Assembly (NCBI RefSeq): GCF_036321535.1
Contig: NC_087437.1
Location: forward strand, 64,358,001-64,422,000
From: Camelus dromedarius
Lineage: Eukaryota
Direction of reading: 5' to 3'
Length of the DNA: 64,000 nt
Below are positions 39,930 through 51,291 of this stretch, in pieces. The notes under the pieces were generated by a model that was not told the origin of the DNA, searched no databases, and worked only from the letters and a program-made list of their open reading frames with translations. How positions within the stretch are numbered: position 1 is the stretch's first letter; every line of letters starts with the position of its first letter. The position numbers and the translations under genes were made by a program.

Positions 39930-41070
39930 AGGATTAAATGCTTTACTTACTGTCATCACCTCTAATTTCACTTTTATTCCCTCCAAATCATATTTTGAAA
40001 TGCAAATCCCATCATATAACTCTCTGGTATAAAATTTTTCAGAGTGTGCCCTTTGTCAACAATATGGTGACCTTCAAACCCTTCAGCCCTGCTCAGTAGG
40101 CTTGTATGGCCTGGCTTATCTCTCCAGCTTCATCTGTCTCCACTCTCACCTGACATAAGCCACTCTGGGGTTTCAGCTGCTTGAATGTGGCAGGCTCTCC
40201 CCCTTACTGGGTTTCTCCTCCATGGTTCTCTCTCTCTCTAGGATATTCTCCTTCTGCCCCCTGTATCTGGCTAACTCTCTCATCCTTCAGGATCCAACTT
40301 AGATGCTGCATCTCCAGGAAGCTCTACATGACCTCTAAAATCTGGGTTAGGTGCTTCTCCTCTGAGCTCTCAGAGCAACTGTAGGCCTTTGGTTATACCC
40401 CTAACCACCTCATTTTACTACTGTTGGTTAGTCTGTATCCTTTGGGACACATTAAGTTCTGTGCAGGCAGGAGCCACATTTACCTCAGTGCCTAGTACAC
40501 GGACAGATACAACAGAGGAGTTCAAAATGTATTTTGTTAAATTAATAAGTAAATACAATATAATTTGCTAAATTAATTGTAATTTGTAATATAATTCGTT
40601 AAATTAATAAGTAAATACATGAACGAATACAAAGGTTATCATAATCTAGTCCTTTATTTTTCCAGCCTCATTTTCTGCCACTTGCTACCTATACCCAAAC
40701 ACACATACTTACACTATTCTAACTTGGTAATTTACAGAAAATTACGTGCAGTTCCCTGGGCATATTGAGCTCTTTCATACCTTCTCTGCCTTTACAGTTG
40801 CTGTTCCTTCTATAAGGAACACCTTAACTCACTTGAACATTTGGTGAATTCCTATGAAATTCTTAATTTTAATTATCACGTTCCTAGTGAAAGGCCTTCC
40901 CTGACTCCTCAATCTCTCCCCAGAGACAGGTCAGTTAGGCCTCTCAAGCTCTGTATATCTCTATTTGTATTATAATTATCTCATCAGTGATCTTACCAGT
41001 TCCCAGGGTTTAGCACAGTGCTTGGTATATAGCAAACACTTATGAAAAGTTTTCCAAATGCAGAAGGAAA
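39930..41070 (+). mobile_element. Two tandem L2 3' remnants
   Basis: CAGTGCCTAGTACAC...ATTTTGTTAAAT tail near 40540 and GCACAGTGCTTGGTATATAG near 41020. Confidence 0.6.
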
Positions 41071-41662
41071 TAAAAAACAGGCATATGGGGAGAGGAGATA
41101 TATCTAAGGAGATCTAAGGGTAGACAAGGGCTTGACTCTAGAAATAAAGAGAAAGGGATCAGGAGGATGTTTAGAAAAGGCCAGTAGCCCTTATTAATAG
41201 ACTAAACATACAGAGAGCAGGAAATGAAAAGGATAAATTGTGGGTGAGCTAGGTTTATACGGTTAGAGAACATGATCAATAACAGGGAAACTGCAAGGGG
41301 GAAAATGGCTTAACACCTACCAACAGATGCTACATGAATGTTTACTGTGGATCATGACATTTAGTTTTTTTATACTGATAAGATATCTAGAAAAGACACC
41401 ACACACTCTGTTATACAGTGCTTAACTGTATATGGATGGGAAGGGCAACGTTAAGAAATAACCTTCCATGTAGCAATAATTCATCTTAAACTTAATAACT
41501 TCCTAGAAAGGGTAAGTTTTAAACAGGCATCTCCACATTATGTGACAAGGAAAGCACATATGTATGCGTTAGTCCTCTGCTTCATAAGAAATGATCTGGT
41601 AGTGTGAAGGGGATGGGGATAACAGACAAAATACAACAGGAAGAAAATAAACTTCAAAATAC

Positions 41663-41928
41663 CTGCATACAATACAGTCTCTATGCGATCTTTAATGTGG
41701 GCCCTGCTATTCTCTGAAGCAAGAAGAGGCGACGTCCCATTGGGAGCTGGAACAACAAGCGGTCCAACTAAAAATGCACAGGCTCCCCCAAGATAACTGA
41801 GCATTGATGCAATAGCCGTGGCAGTGGCCCGCTCATCTGCGGAAAACCACGTTGTGGAGAGGAACGGAGCCGCGTTCATTACAGTCGGACCTGCCAATCC
41901 ATTTAACAGCTGTCCTCCGTGGATTAGT
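41663..41928 (-). CDS. SLC49A4: SLC49A4 coding exon 3 (266 bp): [88 protein letters not shown]
   Basis: Overlaps ORF 41538..41897; MFS/FLVCR-family WF..ERATA motif and NGT sequon; AG at 41930-41929, GT at 41662-41661. Confidence 0.97.
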
Positions 41929-42204
41929 CTGGAATTAAATTAAAAGGCTGTGAGGTAGTTGAAACGGGCATTTTCTAGACAAAGAGAAGTTAGCCAAACA
42001 GCAGACAACTACGGTATTGAGAACACTCGTCTGTAAAGAACACGGTGACGCACCTGAAAGGTAAGGAATGGTGACGCCCTGTGAGGGGCAGCAAATACAG
42101 CAACAGGCAGCTCTTACTCCTTTCACAAGTATTTACTGAAGTCTCTGATTTGTGCTGCCTACCAAACTAAATACTGCCAGTAAACTTGTTTCATTTACTG
42201 TCAC

Positions 42205-42350
42205 AACATTGTGTGGAAGTTATTATTAACCCCATTTGTTGAAATGTGAAAGCGTTGGCTTGGAAAGATAAAGAAACTTGCCCAAGTGCTAACAGGCAAA
42301 GCCGAGATTTAGACCCAGGTCTGACCCTCAAATCCATACTCTTATCAGAC
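42205..42350 (-). mobile_element. MIR SINE remnant
   Basis: TTATTAACCCCATTT...ACTTGCCCAAG...GATTTAGACCCAGGTCTG, reverse MIR core. Confidence 0.65.
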
Positions 42351-45300
42351 TGCCACTCATAAAGAGACCTAGTAAGTGCCACCAGCCCTACAAGTAATAC
42401 AGTTTAGTTGAGCTCAACATTTCATGCCTACTCTATGCCAGGTGATGGGAATACAAAAAAAGAAGATAATCATTAAAGAATCTTAATAGAAGAGGAATTG
42501 GTCGAGGAATCAGATTATCTGGTCTGCATCTAACTAGTTGAACGTACCTGGTTAATATATCTTTGCGGGATTCCATTCCTTATCCTGCAAAATGAGATGA
42601 GTCTAAATTCAATATGCATGTCTTGAGCATCTGTTAGGCTGAGGTCCTGTAATCACAGTACCACTAGGTCCCTTCCAGTCCTAGTGCTCTGACTGTGACT
42701 TTAATCATACGGGTGAGTGAACAGTGGTTTCTTCTTCCACTCCATTTGTTCTCTGGCTCATCCTTCCTCAGTATTATAGTCAATGCTCTGTCCTGTTCCT
42801 TGCTCAACAGGGAACCTGAAAACACTTTCCCACATTTCTTCCTCCGCCTTAACATACACAGTCACATTCAAGAGTAGCCTTGAAGGAGAAAAGAAGCCAG
42901 AAGTCCAAAAAGCACAGACAAGAAAGGGAGGCGAGTCAACCTCTTCTGCTTTGGAGGTAGAGGAAAGGGCAGGAACAGCGTATGTGACATACACGTGACA
43001 CTAACTACTTTTTCTTTTTGCTCATTTTGCTTTTTAATCACCATGAGGGTGTCAAATCCTCTTCTTGACAAGTGCCACCTTAAGCTACTCAGAAAAAGTT
43101 TTTCGAATGCAGAAGGAAATAATAACCAGGCATGTGGGGAGAGGTAGGGCCTATGTAGAGGCATAAGTGAGTGGGAAGTGAAATATGTGAATTAAAGTCT
43201 GCTCAACATCTTTGTAAATGTTGGAGAAATTATTCGAAGGCAAAATAGTTCCAAGCATCATTAATGTTACTAAATTAAGAAAACTAAAGACATTTAAAAA
43301 TCTTCTCGCGTAAGGGGAATTGTCTTCTAGATGACAAAAACAATTAAACTGTTTATAAGCCAAATACCTCCTCCAAACGCCGGAGGATCCCAAGCTGTCA
43401 CAGCAATTTCATCGTGTTCTTGAAACTATGTCATGGGGTGGTTTTAGTCACGACTCCTTTAATCATGACTCGTGATGGTACAACCATCAGACAGAGCATC
43501 ATGGCTCATAAAGGTAACTGCTTTGATATTTAACACCTTTAATAAAGTTGAGAAGGAGAAGAGCTGGAATATAAGTTTTATTACGCCTAAAAATGTTAAG
43601 AGTATAAGGAGAACATGGAAGAAATAATCTATTTAAAAAAACAAAACAAAACACTGATGAAACAGTACGAATCCTGAAAATTAAAGTATAAAACTCAAAC
43701 TATTACCATGGCTTACCTCTTTGCTACTTGTCAGTAAAATCATGAACAGACTATTTTCCAAGCAGCAAACATAAGAGTCATAGAACGTGTGAGCTTGAGA
43801 TAACATAAGGATCATCCAAGTCCAGTTTATTCAATTCTCAAACCAGAGTATTTCTCACTACCACATGGACACCTGCTGAGGTGGGTATCCAGACAAATAT
43901 AGCACTAGAGACATTTCAGATGGGCTCTCAGTCTAAAAGGTCACTAAATTTTGGAGGCCAACCTAAAACATGAATTATCAAAGTGAAAAATTATACTGAA
44001 AATCATGCTGGTTTGGTGTTTTAAAATTATTCTAATTTAAATAATCATGTGCTTTTTGCATTAAAGGTCATCATACACAAGCTGCACTCCTCCTAAATGA
44101 GCTCAGTAGGAGAACTGAGACCTACAGGACCTTGGGTTACCCTCTGACTTCACGGGACACCTGGCAGGGAAACCCAGTCCCTGCTCTTCTCAGCATCTGT
44201 AAGTTTTCCAGAACTTAGTCCTGCTCCTTCTTGCACTTGCATCTTAGAGTCCCTCGGGCTTGGCAGTTACTAACATAACTGGTTAGAAGCACTGCTGTCT
44301 GGTAACCATGGTATAACACCAATCTGTAACATCAAGATGCTCATGTTTGCCTGACACTGTTTTCTGTTACCCACCATTAATTCACCCTATTTTGAAATTA
44401 AATTTAATTTGCTTACAAAAAAAGTACTTAAAATTAAAATTCAGTTATATATATAAAATCTAGCTTTCCCATTTAATAGCAATGCAAAATTAGAGGTATT
44501 TTTTTTCTGGAAAAATACTGGCCCTAAGACATAATACAATCATACAAACATTGCCATAAATTATTTAAAATGACAATTAAGGAGATGAAATAACTAGAAA
44601 TTGTTCAATACAAGCTGTATTATTTAACTTATTCAACAAACATGTATTGAGTGGTCACTGTGTATTGGGTAGGCACTGTGATAGGAACAGGTACATGAGA
44701 ATGTAAAATTAAAAAGCTAAAGCTCTTGCCCTTAAGAATCTCTAAGATTAGTTGAAGAGTTACCTACCAACACTATACCACGAATCTAAAAAAAATAAGG
44801 CAATAATTGGCCCTAAGCTTGCGGGGTCTGTCACAAGAATACCAATGGGAGTTTCTGCATGTCTGGCTCTGACCTATAACATTAGGGGCTTCACATGTAC
44901 ATGTACCCATGCGGACCTAAAGGCCCAACTCCACCCAAGATGCATCTGTCCCCTTCCAAAGATCTGCCCTTTATTTACCTCTTGAGCTGAGGGAGCAACA
45001 CCAGGGTGCAGTTTACTCTTGGAAGAAAGAGGCCTGTTACAGGGATTTCTGGGGTCTTGTGTAGTTAGAAGGTGGTAGGCAGGGCAGACACATCTTCTCC
45101 GCCCTACAGATTCCTCACTGCATAGGGAACAGCAAAGCTGAAGGAAAGCCAGACTGGGACACTCAGGCATGGAGCCCAGGACAAGGGCCCATTGGCAGTA
45201 TTGGCAACAATAGTGGGGATACAGAGGAGGGGACAGTTTGGAGGGTTGTTAAGGTCATACATTAGACACGGCTAAGTGCATGACAGGGTATCAGGGGGGT

Positions 45301-48300
45301 TACCCATACTTCTGTAAAAGTGTCCAATATGTGGAGAACACCCACATTTTAGAAACAGAGGAAGAGGAGTCTAGAAAGACGATTGAGAAGGAACAACTAC
45401 AGAGGCAGGAAGAAAAGAAATAAAACAGGAAAGACTGGTGTCATGGTAACTAAGGAAAAAAATGTTTTGAGAAGATGAGGGTGAAAGGCCAGGAGTATCA
45501 AATCAAACAGAAAGATTGTTTAACTGAAACGTAACCACTGGATTCCCAACAAGGAGGTTGGTCAGTGATCAGAAGAATGCTGAGGAAGGAAGTCAGACTT
45601 GTGAGGAAATGGAAACTTAGATTTAGATTATTTCATTCTAGTATTTAGAAAGAGATTCCAGAACAAAACTGAGGTATATAAGCTTGACAGTGTGAAGAGG
45701 AAAATCACCCAGCTTAAACGAACAGTCTGAACTGAAAAGTCTCTCTGTCTTCACATCCTGTAAAATAAAAGCAACTCGCTGTGAGTCTTAATGCTTTCTC
45801 AGCACTTGTGAAAGAAGGTGGCTTTCAGAAATGTACACCTATTGATCTGGGCTGACTGTTAAAAACAACACAGAAAAACAAAAAACAAAAGAGGAGTGAT
45901 TCACAATCTCCAGTAAAGTGAAGTAAATCACATAATGATGTTAATTTTCCTGTGTCATCATTACATATTTTGGTTTTGTTTTGCAAGTATCAGGTAAGTT
46001 CCTTGTGGGTAAGGACCATGGCTTCTAAATCCCTAACCTTGAGAAGGCAGCACGGATGCTCTCCAGGACCCAAGTACAGGGAGGTGGGGTCACTGGAATA
46101 CACAACTAACTGCACTCTACAAACTTCGCAAAGCTCCACCACACACATTACATCAGTTCCACTTACACATTTTAAAAGTGTGTATTCAGCAATACAAAAA
46201 AGCAAAGTGATTAACAAATATGCTGGAAATAAAGCTTTTAGAGAGACACTAAGGGTGGTTATGAGCAAGGCCAAGGCTTGAGCACTGTCTCAGGCACAGC
46301 GCACTTGGGGAGGGCGGGCAGAAGGACTAGCTGTGTCTCTTGGGCAATGAGCTCTGTAGCACAAAGGGAGCTCTCTGGAAGCTGACCAGTTAATTCAGGG
46401 GGTTGAACTTTTGCCTCCTTGCCTGAGACTTCACGCCTGATGAAGACTGGCATGCATGTATATTCACTGCAGGTGTCCTGACTTCTGCAGGTCAAGCTGT
46501 GACAAACGTGCCAAGGGGCAGGGATGCTGTGCTCCTGCACCTCAGCCTCCCTTCACCGGTTCCTTCCTTTACTCCCTTTCCTCGTCTCCCCCTCCCCCAC
46601 CCAACCTCCTTTTCTTTCCTTCTCCCTTCGGTCTCTTTTCTTTGTCCTTTTTTCTCCTTATCTAGCTTCTGCCTACTTCTGAGGCCTGGTTTGTGCCATC
46701 CCACAGGCCAGGTGGAAGATGGGTGAGAGACGGGGGATCTCCTTGGCGGGCTGAAAGAAAGATTAGAGCTCAGCGTTTCTCCAGCACCAGCAGAACCAGA
46801 TGGTAGAGACGAGCAAGTGGGTACCAGGGTAGTACTGCCGAGGCTCGGTGGCCTGCAGTAGGCCTGGGGGCAGCTAACCCGGCCTCGCCACATCTGCCGG
46901 CCATGTACCTCAGCCCCCCACCGCTGCCCCTGCCCGTGGAGAGGCTGAGACTCAGGGGCACATAGCACGGCATTTGTGCACAGCTGTGTTCCTTTTCATA
47001 TTATCCAATACATTATATAGCTTTTCAAACAAATGCCAACAGCTGAAGTTCAAACTGAAGGCCTGTAGTTCACGTTTTCTCACGTACTTGACATTTTAGC
47101 TTGTATTTAGTGATACTCTGGCATCCCGACCTTTCGCTTTCTGACATTCTGAAACAAATACCTATGATTTTAAATTATTTTCTACTTAAAAAAATAGGAT
47201 GTTTTAGAATTAGAATATTTATACTTGGAAGAGACTTCAAACCTCAGCTAGGTAACCTACCCTCTTCATTTCATAGTTACAAAACTTGAGTTCCAGAAAG
47301 GCCAATAATACATTTAAAATAACACTTATTTCATAACTTATTTATAACTCTCCTTTCTCCAAAAAGTATTAGTTGGGGGAACTCCAAAGTCATAAAACTA
47401 GCTAATGGCTAAGCCAGGACCAGAAATCAAAATTAAGTCTGATTTCATCAGTCCACAAATCTTTCTACTATTACATGGCCTCATTCTGAAGGTTCTCTGT
47501 TAATAACAGTAATGATAAAAATCATTGATTGTTAAGAAAACCCAAGGCTCTCAGCCCTAAAGGCATGCAGTATTTGGCATATTTTTATTTTGTGTGGAGA
47601 AGTACTTTATAAACCCTTATTACAACTAGCATTGGTGATAACATTAGTCAGCTTTTTGGAAACAGCAGATATTTCCTCAGTGTTAAGCCCAGCATTCTTA
47701 ACTTAAATTCTATGTATTTTTAATATGAAATGGTTTAGAATCTGTAAAAATACCTACCTCTAACACTCAATATGCTGATGGTTCCCAAGTTTTCTGTCAA
47801 TTCCTAATTCCTAGTCAGCCTGTATCATCTGCTACAGAATTTCCTGGATACTGAAAATGGGCAAAAGTGCTAGAAATAGTTTCCTTTTATTTAGCCCAAG
47901 AAAAGACAGCAATAAAAAGGGTCAGAGATGTTATGAATTACAGGAAAAAGGAAGTTGGAAAGGGAGAATATAGTGAAATGGTGAAAAGGAATGGGCTTTC
48001 TAAAGACTTTTACCATAGCTTCAGTTTTCTTTTATGAAAATCTATTCACTTTTGTATCCTTTAACAATTTTGGCCAATCATGACCCAATTAAAAATATTT
48101 ACTGTGTATCTACTATGGTCAAGGTACCTGCAGCCACACACTGAAGGGAATATAAAGTTGAATATAATGGTCTTGAATATAATGGTTAGACTAACAACTT
48201 ATCAAGTACCAGTTATAGAAAGGTCATAAAAAAAAAGTGAAAAGAATATTGGGTTAGATATCAAAAGACTCAGCTTCTAGTCTTAGCTAAATTTATTAAC

Positions 48301-48480
48301 TGTATAATCTTTGGTGAATCACTTGTTCTCTTTCTGTTTCAATTTCCCTAAAGGTACTTTATCTCACAGGATTTTTATTAAGGCCAAATACGATAATCTC
48401 TCAGCAAGGTACAGGGAAAAATGGACTTAGTCCTGGTCTGAGAGAGATCTACCTCCCCCCACATTTTATCTCATAATGTT

Positions 48481-49737
48481 GGTTTTTTTTTTTTTTAACA
48501 TTTTTTATTGAGTTATAGTCATTTTACAATGTTGTGTCAAATTCCAGTGTAGAGCTCAATTTTTCAGTTATACATGAACATACATATAGTCATTGTCACA
48601 TTTTTTTTTCGCTGTGAGCTACCACAAGATCTTGTATATATTTCTCTGTGCTACAGAGTACAATCTTGTTTATCTATTCTACATTTTGAAATCCCAGTCT
48701 GTCCCTTCCCACCCCCCCCACCCCCTTGGCAACCACAAGTTTGTATTCTATGTCTATGAGTCTGTTTCTGTTTCGTATTTATGTTCTTCTTTTTTTTTTT
48801 TTTTTAAGATTCCACATATGAGCGATCTCATATGGTATTTTTCTTTCTCTTTCTGGCTTACTTCACTTAGAATGACATTCTCCAGGGACATCCATGTTGC
48901 TGCAAATGGCATTATGTTGTCATTTTTATGGCTGAATAGTATTCCACTGTATAAATATACCACCTCTTCTTTATCCACTCATCTGTTGATGGACATTTAG
49001 GCTGTTTCCACGTCTTGGCTATTGTAAACAGTGCTGCTATGAACCTTGGGGTGCAGGTGTCTTTTTGAAGTAGGGTTACTTCTGGATATATGCCAGGAGC
49101 AGGATTCCTGGGTCATATGGTAAGTCTATTCCTAGTCTTTTGAGGAATCTCCATACTGTTTTCCACAGTGGCTGCACCAAACTGCATTCCCACCAGCAGT
49201 GTAGGAGGGTTCCCTTTTCTCCACAGCCTCTCCAGCATTTATCATTTGTGGACTTCTGAATGATGGCCATTCTGACTGGTGTGAGGTGATACCTCATCGT
49301 AGTTTTGATTTGCATTTCTCTGATAATTAGTGACATTGAGCATTTTTTCATGTGCCTATTGATTATTTGTATTTCTTCCTTGGAGAATTGCTTGTTTAGG
49401 TCTTCTGCCCATTTTTGGATTGGGTTGTTTGTTTTTTTCTTATTATGTCATATGGGCTGCTTATATATTTTGGAGATCAAACCTTTGTCGGTTTCATCAT
49501 TTGCAAAAATTTTCTCCCATTCCTTAGGATATCGTTTTGTTTTATTTATGGTTCCTTTTGCTGTGCAGAAGCTTGTAATTTTCATTAGGTCCCACTTGTT
49601 TATTCTTGCTTTTATTTCTATTGCTTGGGTAGACTACCCTAGGAGAACGTTTTTGAAATGTATATGAGATAATGTTTTGCCTATATTTTCTTCTAGGAGG
49701 TTTATTGTATCTTGTCTTATGTTGAAGTCTTTGATCC
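48481..49737 (-). mobile_element. Relatively young 5'-truncated L1 (ORF2 C-terminal Cys-rich domain plus 3' UTR), sense to SLC49A4
   Basis: ORF 49076..49351 [18 protein letters not shown] zinc knuckle; poly(T) at ~48483-48496; TSD CATAATGTT at 48472-48480 and 49738-49746. Confidence 0.93.
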
Positions 49738-50372
49738 CATAATGTTTTTCTTGTCTCATAACTTTTATTTTGCCCTCTTAGTTAAAAAGTATAAAAACTT
49801 GTAACAGAAAAGAAGTGCATAAAAAAGAAAAAAATCCATAAATTCAATAATTCAGTAACTCACATAACTACTAGTAATATTCAGATTTTTCAGTCTTTTT
49901 TTTCTTTCAGTTTTTCTTTCAATGCATCTCTCAATAAAGACTTAGGCACATTTAATCACAGATATCATATTGCCTATAAGTCTTATGTACTAAATCATTT
50001 TAACTTTATAGTCTATCATAAGCATTATCTCATTTCATTCTTCATAATCATAATGATACTGGCTCCATGAAAGTCTATCATACAGATATAAAACCTCATT
50101 GAACATTTTCCTAATGTTTACTTATTTGCTGATGTTAATAATGCTATTTGATAATCTTTGTATGAAAATATTTGCCATTTCCAAATTATTTCCTAAGGGT
50201 CAATAAGTCAAAGGGTATGAACATTTTAGACCTTATGAAATATACTCCCAAGTTGCATTTCAGAAGAGTTTGTAGTAACTTACATTCCCAAAAGTAGTGG
50301 TCGACAGTGCCTGCCTCAACAGCACTGGATATCACTATTTAAAAAATACATGCACACACACAAACAACTTGA

Positions 50373-50876
50373 TATGTTTTCTATTGCTGTTATAACAAAT
50401 TACCACAAACTTAGTGGCTTTAAGATGACACTAATTTATTCCCTCATAGGTCTGTAAGTCAGAAGTCCAACATGGGTCTCATTGAGCTAATATCCAGGTG
50501 TGACACAGCTGCGTTCCTTTCTGGAGGCTCTAGTAGAATTGGCTTCCTCGCCTTTCCCAGAGGCTAGCAGCCACCTGCATCCTTTGCCTCCTGGCCCTTC
50601 CTCTATCTTCAAAGTCAGTGCCAGTGGCTGAGTCCTTCTCACACTGCATCTCTCTGTCTCCCTCCTTTGTCTCTCTTTTACGGACTTTTATGATTACACT
50701 GCACCCACCTGAATAACCGAGGATAATCTCTTTATTTTAGGGTCAGATGCTTTGCAAACCTAATTCCTCTGCAACGACAGCTCTCCTTCGCTATGTAACA
50801 GAACATACTCACAGGTTCCTGATGTTAGAACAGGACATCTTTGGAGGATGGGGGCGGAGTTGTTCCACCGACCACA
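50373..50876 (-). mobile_element. MaLR solo LTR, MLT1C/D-like
   Basis: ATTACCACAAACTTAGTGGCTT and GGATAATCTC motifs; reverse-complement similarity to the LTR at 17739. Confidence 0.8.
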
Positions 50877-51291
50877 CTTGGTCAGGCCAAAAGGCAGCTC
50901 CTTAATTTGCATTTCTTTTTTGACTACTGGTCTTCTTTCCTATTGGTAAATTATAATTTTTCTTATTTTGAATGAGTGCTTAACATACATACATCATCTG
51001 TCTGTTGTTATTCTTATTTTGACAAATAATTTTTCCTATTGGTCTATTCTTTTTTGAACCATAACATGTAACAATTTGTAATTGGTCAGGTCTATCAATT
51101 TTTCTCTTTTTGATTCTCCTTTGTTTTTCATGCTTTAGGAGAAAAAACTTTCCTAGGTAGAAATTAGATAAATATTCCTATATATTGTTTTCCAACTATT
51201 TAACTGTTTAGTTCATCTGCATTTGTTTTGATGCATGGCATGAAATGAGGATCTAATACTCTTTTCCTTCTAAATAGATAGCCAGTTTGCC

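Larger units (their letters stand above)
41045..43144 (+). repeat. Dispersed direct repeat pair (51 bp; 41045-41095 and 43094-43144) bracketing exon 3
   Basis: Ungapped alignment, 46/51 identical. Confidence 0.9.

Noticed and set aside
41538..41662. Extension of the exon 3 ORF ([12 protein letters not shown]...) as an alternative C-terminus
   Set aside because: Simple read-through past a canonical GT donor; no independent support.
46492..46968. 158-aa minus-strand ORF, the longest in the track
   Set aside because: Low-complexity translation of a GC- and purine-rich stretch with no recognisable domain.
48158..48186. Short tandem duplication TTGAATATAATGGT x2, with similar ones near 9989-10027 and 12092-12118
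   Set aside because: Common slippage duplications; no repeat-spacer (CRISPR-like) organisation anywhere in the window.
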